A DNA stretch of 32,000 nucleotides from Promethearchaeum syntrophicum (GCF_008000775.2 NZ_CP042905.2:1710001-1742000); one strand, 5' to 3'; positions 8,482-19,349 are shown, numbered from the stretch's first letter. The notes: generated by a model from the sequence alone, not told the origin. Translations and numbers: made by a program.

Positions 8482-11388
8482 CGCCAACGGGACAACCAGT
8501 GACATAGAATATTTGCAGGAAAATCCCTTCAAAATCGGAATCATATTTTCAAAAAACCGATCTACCAAATTTTTTAACTGAATTATGGCTAGAAAAGCTG
8601 CTTTGCCAGACTTTTTGGATTTTTCAAAGGTAAAAATTTGACCTGCGGGTAATCTTTGAATTATTTTTTTTAAAGCATTCAAATCAGAGGAGGAACATTC
8701 CACGAATAGAGCCACAAAAACGGGATACCCGATAATCTGCCAGAACTCCCATGGTAAAAAATGCGGGTGATATTCTTCATAAGGCGGTTTCGCCCCAAAA
8801 TGAAACGAGAGATCGGTTTTCATCTCCAAATCCCCTAATGTCTGCATGGGGGCTTCTTTCAGATAATTATAATCATCATAATACCAGCTATATGAGTACA
8901 GGGATTGCTCCCCAAAAAACCGTAAATCTTCTTGGAGAGGCAATATTCGGAAAGTAAGCCCAGGATACCGAGTGGTTATCCCATTTATTCCGACATTCCA
9001 CTGGCTTTCTTGATTTTGTAAATCATCATTTGAAACCAGATATTCGAGAATTAGAATATTATCAAGAGATCCCCCGTAGTACCACCCATTTTGAAGATAC
9101 TCGGAAAACAGCACGGAAAAAACCCGCGTTTTTTTCAGAATAAAGGGGTTGATATTCGTGCCCGACTGTGAAAGGATGACAAATATTCGCTGTTTCTTTT
9201 CCAACGTTGGATTTTTTTTTCTCTTTACCCTAAAATCGAACTTATCGGTAATTAAATCAAAATTAAATTGCTGAGTCTGAATATACTGCTTAAAAAAGGT
9301 GATAACCTTTTTTCTATCAATACCGGACGAAATTCTTAGGGTGTTTAGGGTATTAAAATAATGCAAGTCTTTAAAGAACTGAGAATAGGCAAAGTCGGGT
9401 AATTTTTTGTCCCAATTCTTAAAGGAAAGGGATCGAGGAGTCGGCATCTTGCTGGAGGCAAGGGGTTTAAGCAGGGATTGTAAATAATGGTTAAATTTTC
9501 TTTCATCCCACTCTCGGGTTTCAAAATCGAAAAACGCCACCACATTAAATCCGATTTGGGAGGATTGGAATATATAGGGAGAACCGATTGCAATCAGATT
9601 ATCCCGCAAGTAATACTTTGAAAACAACAAGTATTCCTCCACCGTTAAATCAATTTTGATATAGTAGGATATTCTACATACCCATTCTAAGGAGAAAATA
9701 AGTAATTCGGAAAATTTAGGAGATGACCTCGACACCACATTTAATTGAATAATATTTTGACTCGTCAGACTAAAGAAGAAGAAACTGAGATATTTTCTAA
9801 AATAATCTTGTTGGATCAAATGACTAAACCGTGTCTTCAGCTCGGTATTGGAATGATCCCTCCGCTTGGAGAGATATTTGGTAAATTCGGGTAAAATTTT
9901 GGGCACATAGTCGTCAAAGAAATGCTCGGTTAAATAGGAGGTATCGGGAATTTTGAGCAAGGTAAGAATGTGGATCAAATTTTCCACCGATTTCTTATTT
10001 GGATACTTTTTTTTCAGCACTTTTTCGAATTCAGGAATGGGAATTTTTGATTTTTTCGGGATTATGGTCTCAAAGTAGATTTGATCATAGGCTTTCTTAA
10101 TTTTGGGAGAGTGGAGCAGGTGTAAGCACGAAATCAGCTCATTTTCTTCCAGAAGATCATGGAAGGACTTGTTATTGAGATTTATTTTTTCGAATTCAAA
10201 AAAGAGAAAGAAATCCAAGAGATCGAATTGGGGCGAGATATCTTGAATTTGCTTTGGATACACTTGACTATATTTTAACAAAGCGATTTTCGGATTTTTT
10301 TTGGTGGTTTTAGCTAAATGGCGATATTTTTTGGAGGGAAATGGCAGTAATTGGGGAATGTTTTGTTCTCGATGTAGCTTATTATCGAATTGGGTGTTAA
10401 ATTTTGATTCAATGGCAGTGTCGATTAAAAAGGTATCTATTGTTCGCAGTTTTCGTAACTTGTTTAGGTAATTTACCAAGGCGGGTTTAAATTCTGCAGG
10501 AGAAAAGGAAATAAAAAGACAATAATTATTATTTAAGGAAAAATGCGAAAAAAAGGGAATCGGTAAAAATAACCGTTCTAAATATTCTTGGGATCGATTA
10601 GAGTCGGTAAATTTTACATAGATAATGAAGTAGCCAAGCCCGATTTTTGCAAAATTCCTTGCCAAGATGGTGGTAGAAAAGGAATATTTTGCCTGTAATT
10701 CCGAAGTTATTCTTGCATAGTCATCATAATTCTTCAAAGGTGAAGATAGCCCAATAATATCCCGTATCGCGCCAATATTGAATTTCTTAGAATATATCTT
10801 CATCACCCAGATATTGAAAATACTAAAGAAGGCGACTTTCGGATAGGGTGGGTTTAATCGGGCCGCAAAATCGGAAATCAATTCACTCAGAGATATTTCA
10901 GCAAAAATAAACTCCAGAATTCTATCCGTAAAAAAAAGGTGAATGAAGGTATCCGACACAGATTTTTTTATTTCGTTCCAAAGCGATTGAAGGAGGATTT
11001 TATCCGTTTTTTGGAATTGCAAAAGAAAGATCAAGTTTAATAGGTAATTTGAACGAAAATTATCAGGAAGAAAACTCAATACCGCAGCAAAATTGATAAT
11101 TTCGGGTAATATTTCTGTGCATTGAGGTGGGATGGTCACGGTATCATACCCAAACATGGTTCGAAATATTTTCGGAGAAATGCGTTTTTTTCCCTTTTTC
11201 CCCTTGCTTTCCGTATCTATCAATTTTATGTCGCTGAATGGAAACACTCGGTCCCGATGAAATTTTTTCTGGTAAAATTCCAACCTTTTACGGTACACTT
11301 CGATAAGATCGTGGTCGTCCATTTTCACTTTCAACACATTGAGTTCTGGATGGAAAAAACTCCTTCTATTTATGTATTTTTGACTCAC
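8449..11388 (-). CDS. Large uncharacterised protein (979 aa)
   Basis: Long uninterrupted ORF; GTG start at 11388 (GTG AGT CAA AAA TAC ATA); no family recognised. Confidence 0.85.
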   Translation of the reverse strand: MSQKYINRRSFFHPELNVLKVKMDDHDLIEVYRKRLEFYQKKFHRDRVFPFSDIKLIDTESKGKKGKKRISPKIFRTMFGYDTVTIPPQCTEILPEIINFAAVLSFLPDNFRSNYLLNLIFLLQFQKTDKILLQSLWNEIKKSVSDTFIHLFFTDRILEFIFAEISLSELISDFAARLNPPYPKVAFFSIFNIWVMKIYSKKFNIGAIRDIIGLSSPLKNYDDYARITSELQAKYSFSTTILARNFAKIGLGYFIIYVKFTDSNRSQEYLERLFLPIPFFSHFSLNNNYCLFISFSPAEFKPALVNYLNKLRKLRTIDTFLIDTAIESKFNTQFDNKLHREQNIPQLLPFPSKKYRHLAKTTKKNPKIALLKYSQVYPKQIQDISPQFDLLDFFLFFEFEKINLNNKSFHDLLEENELISCLHLLHSPKIKKAYDQIYFETIIPKKSKIPIPEFEKVLKKKYPNKKSVENLIHILTLLKIPDTSYLTEHFFDDYVPKILPEFTKYLSKRRDHSNTELKTRFSHLIQQDYFRKYLSFFFFSLTSQNIIQLNVVSRSSPKFSELLIFSLEWVCRISYYIKIDLTVEEYLLFSKYYLRDNLIAIGSPYIFQSSQIGFNVVAFFDFETREWDERKFNHYLQSLLKPLASSKMPTPRSLSFKNWDKKLPDFAYSQFFKDLHYFNTLNTLRISSGIDRKKVITFFKQYIQTQQFNFDLITDKFDFRVKRKKNPTLEKKQRIFVILSQSGTNINPFILKKTRVFSVLFSEYLQNGWYYGGSLDNILILEYLVSNDDLQNQESQWNVGINGITTRYPGLTFRILPLQEDLRFFGEQSLYSYSWYYDDYNYLKEAPMQTLGDLEMKTDLSFHFGAKPPYEEYHPHFLPWEFWQIIGYPVFVALFVECSSSDLNALKKIIQRLPAGQIFTFEKSKKSGKAAFLAIIQLKNLVDRFFENMIPILKGFSCKYSMSLVVPLALYGNNLLNHV

Positions 11389-11555
11389 ATATATGAATGT
11401 TGTGTTCTACTTTCAATGAGGGTATTTAAGGGAACATGCCAAAAAATGAAAGTAAAAGTTAGGAATAGAAATTCATTGGTTTTTTATTATCTGACCATAA
11501 TGTATATATGAGATTCAAATAATTTATTCAAAAAAAATTTGAGATGAAATATTAA

Positions 11556-12167
11556 ATGGGTTACATTTGTTCAAAATGCGGAAAAGAATATACAAGGCGA
11601 TATCATTATGAAAATCATATAAAAAAATGCACAGGAACACCAACCAAAAAGAAAATAACTAAGAAAAAAGCACCTGTTTCTAGAAAATCTTATGGAAAGA
11701 AAGTTCCAGAGAATATATATTTTGCTGATTTAATCCTCTTTAATGCTGTGAAATCTTTTAAAAAACCTGATTATCTTAAAATACTCGAATTTTGTTCTTC
11801 TTTTGATATTAAAACGGATGAAATTATCTCGAAATTACAAAATAGAATTCGTATTGGGGATATAAAATATCACAATATCCATGAAGAAAACATCCAAAAA
11901 ATTATTACAGATATATTAAATAAACCGAAAATTCAGTATCCGTTTATTATTCCGATTCAGAAATTTCCTCAAGAATTTCCGAGTTTAAATTTTAATGATT
12001 ATGATTCAATTATACAATTCCTACAAAGAATTATTCAACACTATCCAGGATATTTACAATTGAGTTCTTCAAAATTAGGATTTCCTCCAGATTTAGTTAC
12101 CTTTAATCATTTATTCCCAAATTCAGTATTTTTCTCATTATCAAATCGGTGGAGGATAGAAAAATGA
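11556..12167 (+). CDS. Uncharacterised protein with N-terminal C2H2 zinc finger
   Basis: YICSKCGKEYTRRYHYENHIKKC finger followed by basic linker; stop overlaps start of next ORF (ATGA at 12164-12167). Confidence 0.8.
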   Translation: MGYICSKCGKEYTRRYHYENHIKKCTGTPTKKKITKKKAPVSRKSYGKKVPENIYFADLILFNAVKSFKKPDYLKILEFCSSFDIKTDEIISKLQNRIRIGDIKYHNIHEENIQKIITDILNKPKIQYPFIIPIQKFPQEFPSLNFNDYDSIIQFLQRIIQHYPGYLQLSSSKLGFPPDLVTFNHLFPNSVFFSLSNRWRIEK

Positions 12168-14293
12168 GTTTATACATAGAATTTAAAAAAGCAAAAAGCG
12201 ATTTGTTTTTTAAGAAAGATTTATATCAAAAAATATTTCGGATTTTTGAAGGGAAGGGGGGTGATCAGATAATTACAGATCAGATCTTGCCAAAAGGTAC
12301 TCATATTCAAGATCTTCTTATTTTAAATTCAGATATGAAAAGAGCTCGTGATTCTATCTTGATGAAAATCCAAGAATTGGTTAAAAATGACATTAAATTT
12401 TCTGAGAATTTATTCTATTTTTCTCAATACGGTGGGAGTAAAACCCAATTTTTGAACCTAGTTAAGAGTATTATCTGGCAGCACTCCCCGAATTGTATTC
12501 CAATTCTATTAGAGGATATTAGCCAAATTAAGGTAAGAGCCATATTTGAGAAAATGATAGGGCAATTATTAAAACGAATATCTATTATCCCCAAATTTGA
12601 AGAAAATACACAATTATATGATGAATTTTTATCAGAACTAAACAAGCTAATAAGCCGAGTACATATTGCATTTAACCAATCAAAAAATCTTGGGGATGCT
12701 CATGAAATCATAAACAAATTAATGAACATTAAAAATCCAGTAGCGAAAGACCAACTCAGGAAACTAAATGACATCTTACATTCAACTATAATGGTAGATA
12801 AAATTGATATCTTAAATGAAATTGTCTTGTTAATGAAGTTTTGTAGTAAGTATGATTTGATATTCTTATTCATGTTTGATGAAATGGATTTATGGCTTAA
12901 ATCTACATCAGATCACCCTGAACTAAGTCAGAAATTTCGGGATCAACATAAATTTATGAAAAAAATCTTAGACATTCCTAAAAGTCAAGTAAAAATATTT
13001 TTCCTTTTTGCTTGTACCGATCGAGTAAATCGGCTCCTATTTTCGCAAGACCAATTATTTATAAATTCTTCTCCTGCAGCAAGTCGGTTAAATCAAATAT
13101 ATGTGTCCGCGGAAAAAATAATGGAAGCGGGGTGTTATGGATCTGAGATTAAGCAAGCTTTGGTCAAGATCGCCATATATTACTTAGCAAATAATGAAAA
13201 AAAAGATTTTTCTGAACAGTTTTTTACGCAAGTCGCTCCGATTTTAGAGAAAAAGTATCAATCTTATTCTCGAAGAACCAGTAATTCTAGAATTATTCGA
13301 ATGCTTGAAAGTTATCAGTTTTTAGTCAACCCTTTAACTTATGGAATGAAACACTGGGAAAATAATGTAAAGCTTTATGGAGATCTCATTGAAGAACATC
13401 TCGATAAAATACTAAAAAGAATTCATATTAAATTTGTTAGAAAGGAAATATTAGTCGATCCTTCTAAAATCTACTCAAAAGACAGATTAGATGGATATTT
13501 TGTTATTTATGGTGCTGATAGACATGAAGTCAAAACGTATGTAGAAATCAAATTAACTAAGAAATTCGAAGGAAAAAAAGCATCTCAGTTCCTACAATGG
13601 TTAAGCTTAAATCTTGAGAAAAAAATCGTATTGATAGTTTTTAGTCCAACTCCAAAAAGTGAGATCTTAAAACAAATTTCGTTGTATGCAGATTCTCAAG
13701 GGTATCCTCAAGATTTTATAAAAAGGATTGAATTGATTCATATTGAAAATCCTTATGCGTTTGCTCCAATTAATTATTTATCAGATAAATCGTTAGATTC
13801 AGATCAAATTTTAAATTTTTATAACCTATTTGCATTCTGGTTAGATTTTATTGGAGATTTTTCCCATAAATTTCAACAAGTTATTGATAATATTGGTTTT
13901 GGAGTTTTTCCTCCTGAAACACATATTGGAGGTAATTCAGAAGCTTCAGGAATCGAAGATGATGGGCCTCCTCCTGATGATTTTACTTTGGAAGAAAAAA
14001 TTAGTTTGAATTTGATGTTGAATTTATATTTAGAAAAAGCATTTACTCCGTCAGGAAAAATGGGCAAAGCAAAAATTGAAAAAATCATCTCCCAAAAAGC
14101 TTTAGGCATCTCGGATTTGGAAAAATCTTTAGAAAATATGAGAGAAGGAAATTTACTCCTTAGAATAACTGACAAACAAGTGCAATTTGATAAAGATTTA
14201 ATACATATCAATGATTTGGACAATTTTAAAAAAAAAATTCGCTCTGTGTTGACGAATTCAAAAAATACTCAAGGGATCAATTCTTTTTTTTAA
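12164..14293 (+). CDS. Large ATPase-like protein with PD-(D/E)xK-like and winged-helix-like C-terminal regions
   Basis: YFSQYGGSKTQFLNLVK (degenerate Walker A), LIFLFMFDEMDLWL (Walker B), RLDGYFVIYG...VKTYVEIKLTKKF (PD-(D/E)xK-like), C-terminal wH-like region. GGAGG at 12151-12155 before ATG 12164; ORF track start 12149 is GTG. Confidence 0.85.
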   Translation: MSLYIEFKKAKSDLFFKKDLYQKIFRIFEGKGGDQIITDQILPKGTHIQDLLILNSDMKRARDSILMKIQELVKNDIKFSENLFYFSQYGGSKTQFLNLVKSIIWQHSPNCIPILLEDISQIKVRAIFEKMIGQLLKRISIIPKFEENTQLYDEFLSELNKLISRVHIAFNQSKNLGDAHEIINKLMNIKNPVAKDQLRKLNDILHSTIMVDKIDILNEIVLLMKFCSKYDLIFLFMFDEMDLWLKSTSDHPELSQKFRDQHKFMKKILDIPKSQVKIFFLFACTDRVNRLLFSQDQLFINSSPAASRLNQIYVSAEKIMEAGCYGSEIKQALVKIAIYYLANNEKKDFSEQFFTQVAPILEKKYQSYSRRTSNSRIIRMLESYQFLVNPLTYGMKHWENNVKLYGDLIEEHLDKILKRIHIKFVRKEILVDPSKIYSKDRLDGYFVIYGADRHEVKTYVEIKLTKKFEGKKASQFLQWLSLNLEKKIVLIVFSPTPKSEILKQISLYADSQGYPQDFIKRIELIHIENPYAFAPINYLSDKSLDSDQILNFYNLFAFWLDFIGDFSHKFQQVIDNIGFGVFPPETHIGGNSEASGIEDDGPPPDDFTLEEKISLNLMLNLYLEKAFTPSGKMGKAKIEKIISQKALGISDLEKSLENMREGNLLLRITDKQVQFDKDLIHINDLDNFKKKIRSVLTNSKNTQGINSFF

Positions 14294-14553
14294 TATCAGT
14301 GTATGATTAATTCAAGTTCAATATTCTATAAATATCAAGATTCAAACTAGTCCAATCTCTATCAAAATAATGAGTTAGGATAGCGGAATATATTTTTTAT
14401 TAAATAAGTTAAAAATTATGATAGAATTACCTGATCTTGACATAGCTATACCATAATTTATGTTTTTAAATTCTAAGTAAAAAATTGCCTAGATTTAAAA
14501 TAATGTTCATTGAATGAATAAATCGATCTCATTTCTACATACCAAGAATTTAA

Positions 14554-14576
14554 AATTCCAAGTATACATTGGAATT
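14554..14576. terminator. Inverted repeat between convergent genes
   Basis: AATTCCAA(14554-14561) gtataca TTGGAATT(14569-14576), perfect 8-bp arms. Confidence 0.3.
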
Positions 14577-14725
14577 ATCGTGCCCAAATAGCGTAGATTC
14601 TTTTAATTCTATTCAAATGTCCCAAATATTTAAGTAAAAAGGAAATTAATGATTTTCACTGATTGTCGATTTTTGTCTCATTATTTACTGAATATAATTA
14701 ATCTTAATATTCTTAACCTATTTAA

Positions 14726-15562
14726 TCAAAAAATATTTTCGAGTAATTCTTGATTCATTTTTAGGAATTTATGCCCAAATCCTTTTAATTCTGCCAACCT
14801 CCCCGATATGCCTTTTGGATTTCCTGTTTTCGTATAGGTTATGGTTGTTTCTGTTATGGCTTGGAGAACGTTGTAAGGGGTTTTGAAATGATCGAGCAAA
14901 ATTCTTGCCTTTTTTTCACTTACCTGACACAAGCCTTCCAAGAAAAATAACTGCGAATCCCTCGAAATTTTTTCTTGTTCTATTTTAATAGGGACATATT
15001 CAAAGGGGGCGGATTTTTGCACGAATTTGGCAAAGCTCCAGATGGTTTCTGCAGTTTCTCTGGCATCCCGTGTAGGAAAGAGAGGGATCTTCATTTTGTA
15101 AATGGCATATAGCATCGCCCCGTAGATACTCGCTTCGTACACCCCTTTTCTCTCAAACATCTTGGTAGGATTTTCCAGAATGATCAAGGGTTTGGTGTAA
15201 TGTTTTTTGAGGTGTTGCAGTTGGGAAAAAAACCGATTATCACAAATTGACGCTACCAGATCATCGCCTCGCTTACGTTCAATCGCAATATCGTTGGAAA
15301 TCACATAATCCGCAATATCGAGCGTTTCTATTTGCAGGTGGCAGGGAATAGTTTCAAACACTGCACGGATTTCATTCCTTTCTCGCTCATCCATGATGAT
15401 TAGGGGGTTACATTTCGAGGTAGAGAGTGGTTGGGTTTTGGATGTGGATTGCATATTATTCTTTTTTGGGAATCTATTTAATAGCACATTTTTTCCACGA
15501 TTTTTTGAATGCGACTTTATATAGTCCAATTTTCTTACTTTTTTGATTATTATGATTAACAC
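14726..15562 (-). CDS. XPF/ERCC4-family nuclease (helicase-less archaeal type)
   Basis: LIIMDERERNEIRAVFE, LDIADYVISNDIAIERKRGDDLVASICDNRFFSQLQHLK, C-terminal HhH-like region. Probable real start M37 (about 15454). Confidence 0.9.
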   Translation of the reverse strand: MLIIIIKKVRKLDYIKSHSKNRGKNVLLNRFPKKNNMQSTSKTQPLSTSKCNPLIIMDERERNEIRAVFETIPCHLQIETLDIADYVISNDIAIERKRGDDLVASICDNRFFSQLQHLKKHYTKPLIILENPTKMFERKGVYEASIYGAMLYAIYKMKIPLFPTRDARETAETIWSFAKFVQKSAPFEYVPIKIEQEKISRDSQLFFLEGLCQVSEKKARILLDHFKTPYNVLQAITETTITYTKTGNPKGISGRLAELKGFGHKFLKMNQELLENIF

Positions 15563-15959
15563 CTACCCAATTGAAAAAATCAGCAAAATCCGTATGTCGT
15601 CCCTCGAAATTTTCCACAGTCAAACCGAATCAGAACGATGGGATCGCCACATTCACGCCATGATGGAAACCGTGAAACGCACAGAGAATCCGTATGTCTT
15701 AGCCTTCACTTTAAAATTTGCCGCGCGGTTTTATTTCAAACAACACCAATTTGAGACAGCGATAAAACTTGTGAAAAAAGTCTTGCTTATTTATCCTGCC
15801 AATCATCGCCTCCGAAAATCAACCATGTTCGATCTGTACAGGTATCAAATGGTGGATGCCCGTGAAAAAGGGGATGATCTTACTGCGGAAGCATTACGAA
15901 GCAAATTAAAGGAAATGGAAGGCGATCTTAGGGATGATAGTGGATTTATTTCAAAATAA
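15543..15959 (+). CDS. Small TPR-like helical protein
   Basis: 138-aa ORF with helical repeat NPYVLAFTLKFAARFYFKQHQFETAIKLVKKVLLIYPANHRLR; likely start at ATG 15594. Confidence 0.6.
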   Translation: MIIMINTYPIEKISKIRMSSLEIFHSQTESERWDRHIHAMMETVKRTENPYVLAFTLKFAARFYFKQHQFETAIKLVKKVLLIYPANHRLRKSTMFDLYRYQMVDAREKGDDLTAEALRSKLKEMEGDLRDDSGFISK

Positions 15960-16053
15960 TTTTTTCCACTTTTTTTTTCCTCATTTTTAAAATTACTATA
16001 TATCTTGCTTATTATTAGGGGGAAACGGACGGAAAAAAACAAATAAATAAATC

Positions 16054-17619
16054 TTATGGGGTTACTCGACATTGAATAATACTTATTATCTGATTTTTTA
16101 TTTTTCTTTGACTAAAAGGATCTTCAAAGGACATTTTTAACCTTACTGTACATGTTCCCGCTTTATCTGTGGATTTAATGTTAATTTTTAACTTCATATC
16201 GCCTTCAAATTTAAGTACTCTCGGAGGATCTATTTTGTGAAATGCTATCTTAGTTAATGGTGTAAAATCAAGGTGGAATTCTACATTATTTAAAATTAAA
16301 TCCGTCATGTTTTTAATCGAAAAGTCGATTTCTTTCTCCGAATTTCTGGATAAATTAATAAACATACTACCCTCAACTCTTATCCCTTCTGAACTAAGCA
16401 GATATACTACCATATCTCCAAGAAATCCTTTATTTTTAGAAAACATTGGCATTGGAATGAATTCTCGTAATTTTTTATATCGAAGGTGCTCGAACGCGCT
16501 TTTTATTTCATAGAAATATGGAATATGACAATTAAAAGAAAATTCTTTTATTTTTGAATCCTTCTTGAGGATATATTGATTGCAAAGGTGAATTAAAAAC
16601 AAATAATGGTCATTATGCGGGATAATTCCAAATTTTCGACATAAACTGGATTCGGTGTATAAAAATTCCAGTAATTCATAAAATAACCACGATTTATGGA
16701 GAATGCCGCCGTACGGTTTAAAAAAATGACGATATTTAGTGATCCCGAAATTTATAAGCCAAAGCAACAATAAGTCAAACATGTTGCTTTGATTAATAAT
16801 AGTGGTGATTATAGCTAAAAAAGATCCAAAAATCTCTTTTTTCTCTGAATTGGTTTCAATATAGGGTAAAAAAACAGTTTCTATCCACTTTCTTGCTTCT
16901 TTATTAATCCTTTTTTTTGGAATAATAGCTTTTAAAATTTGCCTGTATTGCTTTGAATTTTTGTAGGTTAGAGCCCAAATTGTTGAAATCATCTGTAATG
17001 TTTCTTTATTTGCATCGGAATTTATTAAAATCGGAAAAAGTTCTCGAAGTAAAACAGTATCTTGTAAATCTGATAAATAATAATCGTAATCAAAATGTAA
17101 AATGTCTTTATCTTTCTCGATTCCAATTCTAATAGAGGCGGTAGAAAATTTTTTTTTAACCGAAATTGCAGGTAGGGATTTTATTTTAATTCCAAGTTTA
17201 TGTGAATATTTTTTTGCTAACCTCTCCCAACGTTCCCGAATTTTCTTGTTCTCACTTTCTAATCCAATAATTTTAATGATTTTGGGGAGTTTTAACAGGG
17301 TGGTGGCTTTCCCATGCATTTCTTTAAGTAATTTCTCGCTTTTCTCAAAGTTTGAACCTCCCGCGGACTTTCCATTTTTTAAAAAATAATAAAATTTCAA
17401 AGAATCGCCATAATCTAGGTAAATGACATAGGCGGCACCTGTGAGGCTTTTTATCATGAGATTCGGGAACATACTGCCTTTTTTAAAGACCACGCCCGGT
17501 TTGAGTTGGAGAACGCGAATTTCCAGTGGTTTTTTTTCGGTGAATTCCTTTTTAGCAAACGTTCGGAGTTGTTTTTTGATTTCAGCTTCTTGATTTCGAC
17601 CGATTTTTTTCTTTGTCAT
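16054..17619 (-). CDS. Uncharacterised protein (521 aa)
   Basis: Long ORF; C-terminal beta-rich NLSRNSEKEIDFSIKNMTDLILNNVEFHLDFTPL.. looks like an Ig-like sandwich. Confidence 0.8.
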   Translation of the reverse strand: MTKKKIGRNQEAEIKKQLRTFAKKEFTEKKPLEIRVLQLKPGVVFKKGSMFPNLMIKSLTGAAYVIYLDYGDSLKFYYFLKNGKSAGGSNFEKSEKLLKEMHGKATTLLKLPKIIKIIGLESENKKIRERWERLAKKYSHKLGIKIKSLPAISVKKKFSTASIRIGIEKDKDILHFDYDYYLSDLQDTVLLRELFPILINSDANKETLQMISTIWALTYKNSKQYRQILKAIIPKKRINKEARKWIETVFLPYIETNSEKKEIFGSFLAIITTIINQSNMFDLLLLWLINFGITKYRHFFKPYGGILHKSWLFYELLEFLYTESSLCRKFGIIPHNDHYLFLIHLCNQYILKKDSKIKEFSFNCHIPYFYEIKSAFEHLRYKKLREFIPMPMFSKNKGFLGDMVVYLLSSEGIRVEGSMFINLSRNSEKEIDFSIKNMTDLILNNVEFHLDFTPLTKIAFHKIDPPRVLKFEGDMKLKINIKSTDKAGTCTVRLKMSFEDPFSQRKIKNQIISIIQCRVTP

Positions 17620-17700
17620 TGTCTACTCTCAAATATATTGTTTCAGATTTTTATAGTTCAGTAGTGTGGAAAAAAATAAAAAAAAGATGAAGATGAGAAA

Positions 17701-18873
17701 TCATTTTCTGAAAAGTTGATTCCTAATTCTTTTTCTTAGTAAGATTGCCCCAATAGAAATAAAAAATATCATATTTACTAACGGAAATCCAGGGATTTTT
17801 ATTCCCTTTATCGAGTCATATTCGAGAATGGATCTTACTAGCGGATAATGATCTACTCCAAGATCACTTCCATCGATTTCATACGGAGTCCTCCAAAAAA
17901 CGCTGTTATTTCTTGCCTTAGGATATTTTTCTTGATAATCTCCCCAATAATTCCCGACCGATCCATTATCCCATTGATTGTTCAAACTTTCGTGTAATTC
18001 TTCCGCTTGCCCTTTTACATTTCCACATACATCATTAAAATAAACCAAGTTATTATTACAATCATTATCTATTTCTATTCCCAATCTATAGTTATATCTG
18101 AGATTATTCCCAAATATAGTGTTACTACAACAATCAGCATATAAATTGACTCCTACAGTGTTATTGGTTATAGAATTTTCCGAAATTGTGCAATTCTCAC
18201 AATGATTATTGAGATAGACGGCATCTCCATTAAAAGTTAAATTGTTTTCAGAAATAACACTGTTATCAGAATCAGTAATCGTTATTCCCCAATCGCAATG
18301 AGACACATTATTCTCTAAAATTAAACAATTATCACTTCCCGAATAACAAGTAATTCCGAAAGAGTAGCTATTATTCACAAAATTATGAGAAATTATGTTG
18401 TTAGGAGAATACCGTAAAAAAATCCCCCAATAATTATTTATCATTGTATTGTTAGTTATGGTTATATTCGAAGACCTTTGAAAGTAGATCCCATCATGTT
18501 CGCCAGAAGATCCTCCAGAAATCCTACAATTTCGAATGATAAGGTGGGCATCTGTATTCCTAATGTCGATCCCGTTAGTAGAGCTGGCAAAAATAGAACA
18601 ATTTTCAATAAAATATGGAGATGTAGAGGTGCCTTCTCCAGAAAATTCTTTATCGGCGATAAAGGAAGTCAACTCAGAATTCCCATCAATTGCGATCGGA
18701 GCTGAGTAAGTATATGTTGCGACCACGGGCATTTTAAGAATACTGTGGGAATCCTTATCGGGAGACAAATTATTTAGGGGTGTTATCCTCATAAAGTTGG
18801 ATTGGGCAAAAATTAAGCTGATTAAAGCAATTAACCCTAAAGTTTTTATAAAATTTTGATTTTTGTCATTCAT
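17701..18873 (-). CDS. Secreted/anchored right-handed beta-helix (NosD-like) protein
   Basis: N-terminal hydrophobic segment, repeated N-S-x-N-(x)-I-x-x-N pattern (SNITITNNTMINNYWGIFLRYSPNNIISHNFVNNSY...), C-terminal TM with KRIRNQLFRK. Confidence 0.88.
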   Translation of the reverse strand: MNDKNQNFIKTLGLIALISLIFAQSNFMRITPLNNLSPDKDSHSILKMPVVATYTYSAPIAIDGNSELTSFIADKEFSGEGTSTSPYFIENCSIFASSTNGIDIRNTDAHLIIRNCRISGGSSGEHDGIYFQRSSNITITNNTMINNYWGIFLRYSPNNIISHNFVNNSYSFGITCYSGSDNCLILENNVSHCDWGITITDSDNSVISENNLTFNGDAVYLNNHCENCTISENSITNNTVGVNLYADCCSNTIFGNNLRYNYRLGIEIDNDCNNNLVYFNDVCGNVKGQAEELHESLNNQWDNGSVGNYWGDYQEKYPKARNNSVFWRTPYEIDGSDLGVDHYPLVRSILEYDSIKGIKIPGFPLVNMIFFISIGAILLRKRIRNQLFRK

Positions 18874-19349
18874 TTTTACTCACTTTTGTATTTTGGTTAA
18901 AAAAAAATTTGTTAAAGATCTATTAAAAGGTTTAGAAATCCTTTTCCAACAAGAATTTTAGATTATATAAAAAACAAATTTAGGACTAAAACAGAGGACA
19001 ATTTTTTGTGTTTTATAAGGAACCATCGCGTTTTACTTGTGAAATGCCTATTGATACAAAATCTAAAACCAACCCACCTATCATATAAGATTAGAAAAAG
19101 TATGTTCCCGATTTTTTCCAGTATCATATCTATTATTGCCTAATTCTAAGGGATCGGCAAAAGGAACTGAAATTCTTCTCCTATACATTTTTCAAAAATC
19201 TCAAAGAAAAAAATTCAATATCTGTTTAGAATAATTTTTCGATGGTTTGAAGGTAATTTGATCAAAAGCGTGGATTTTTATGATAAGAATAGTGTAACCT
19301 TTTTGAAAGAAAGAATATAATTAAGGCTATTTCCCTTGAGGCAAAAAAA

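Noticed and set aside
14294-14725. 430-bp intergenic region as hidden gene or ncRNA
   Set aside because: No ORF or domain, only one small inverted repeat; no larger fold seen by eye.
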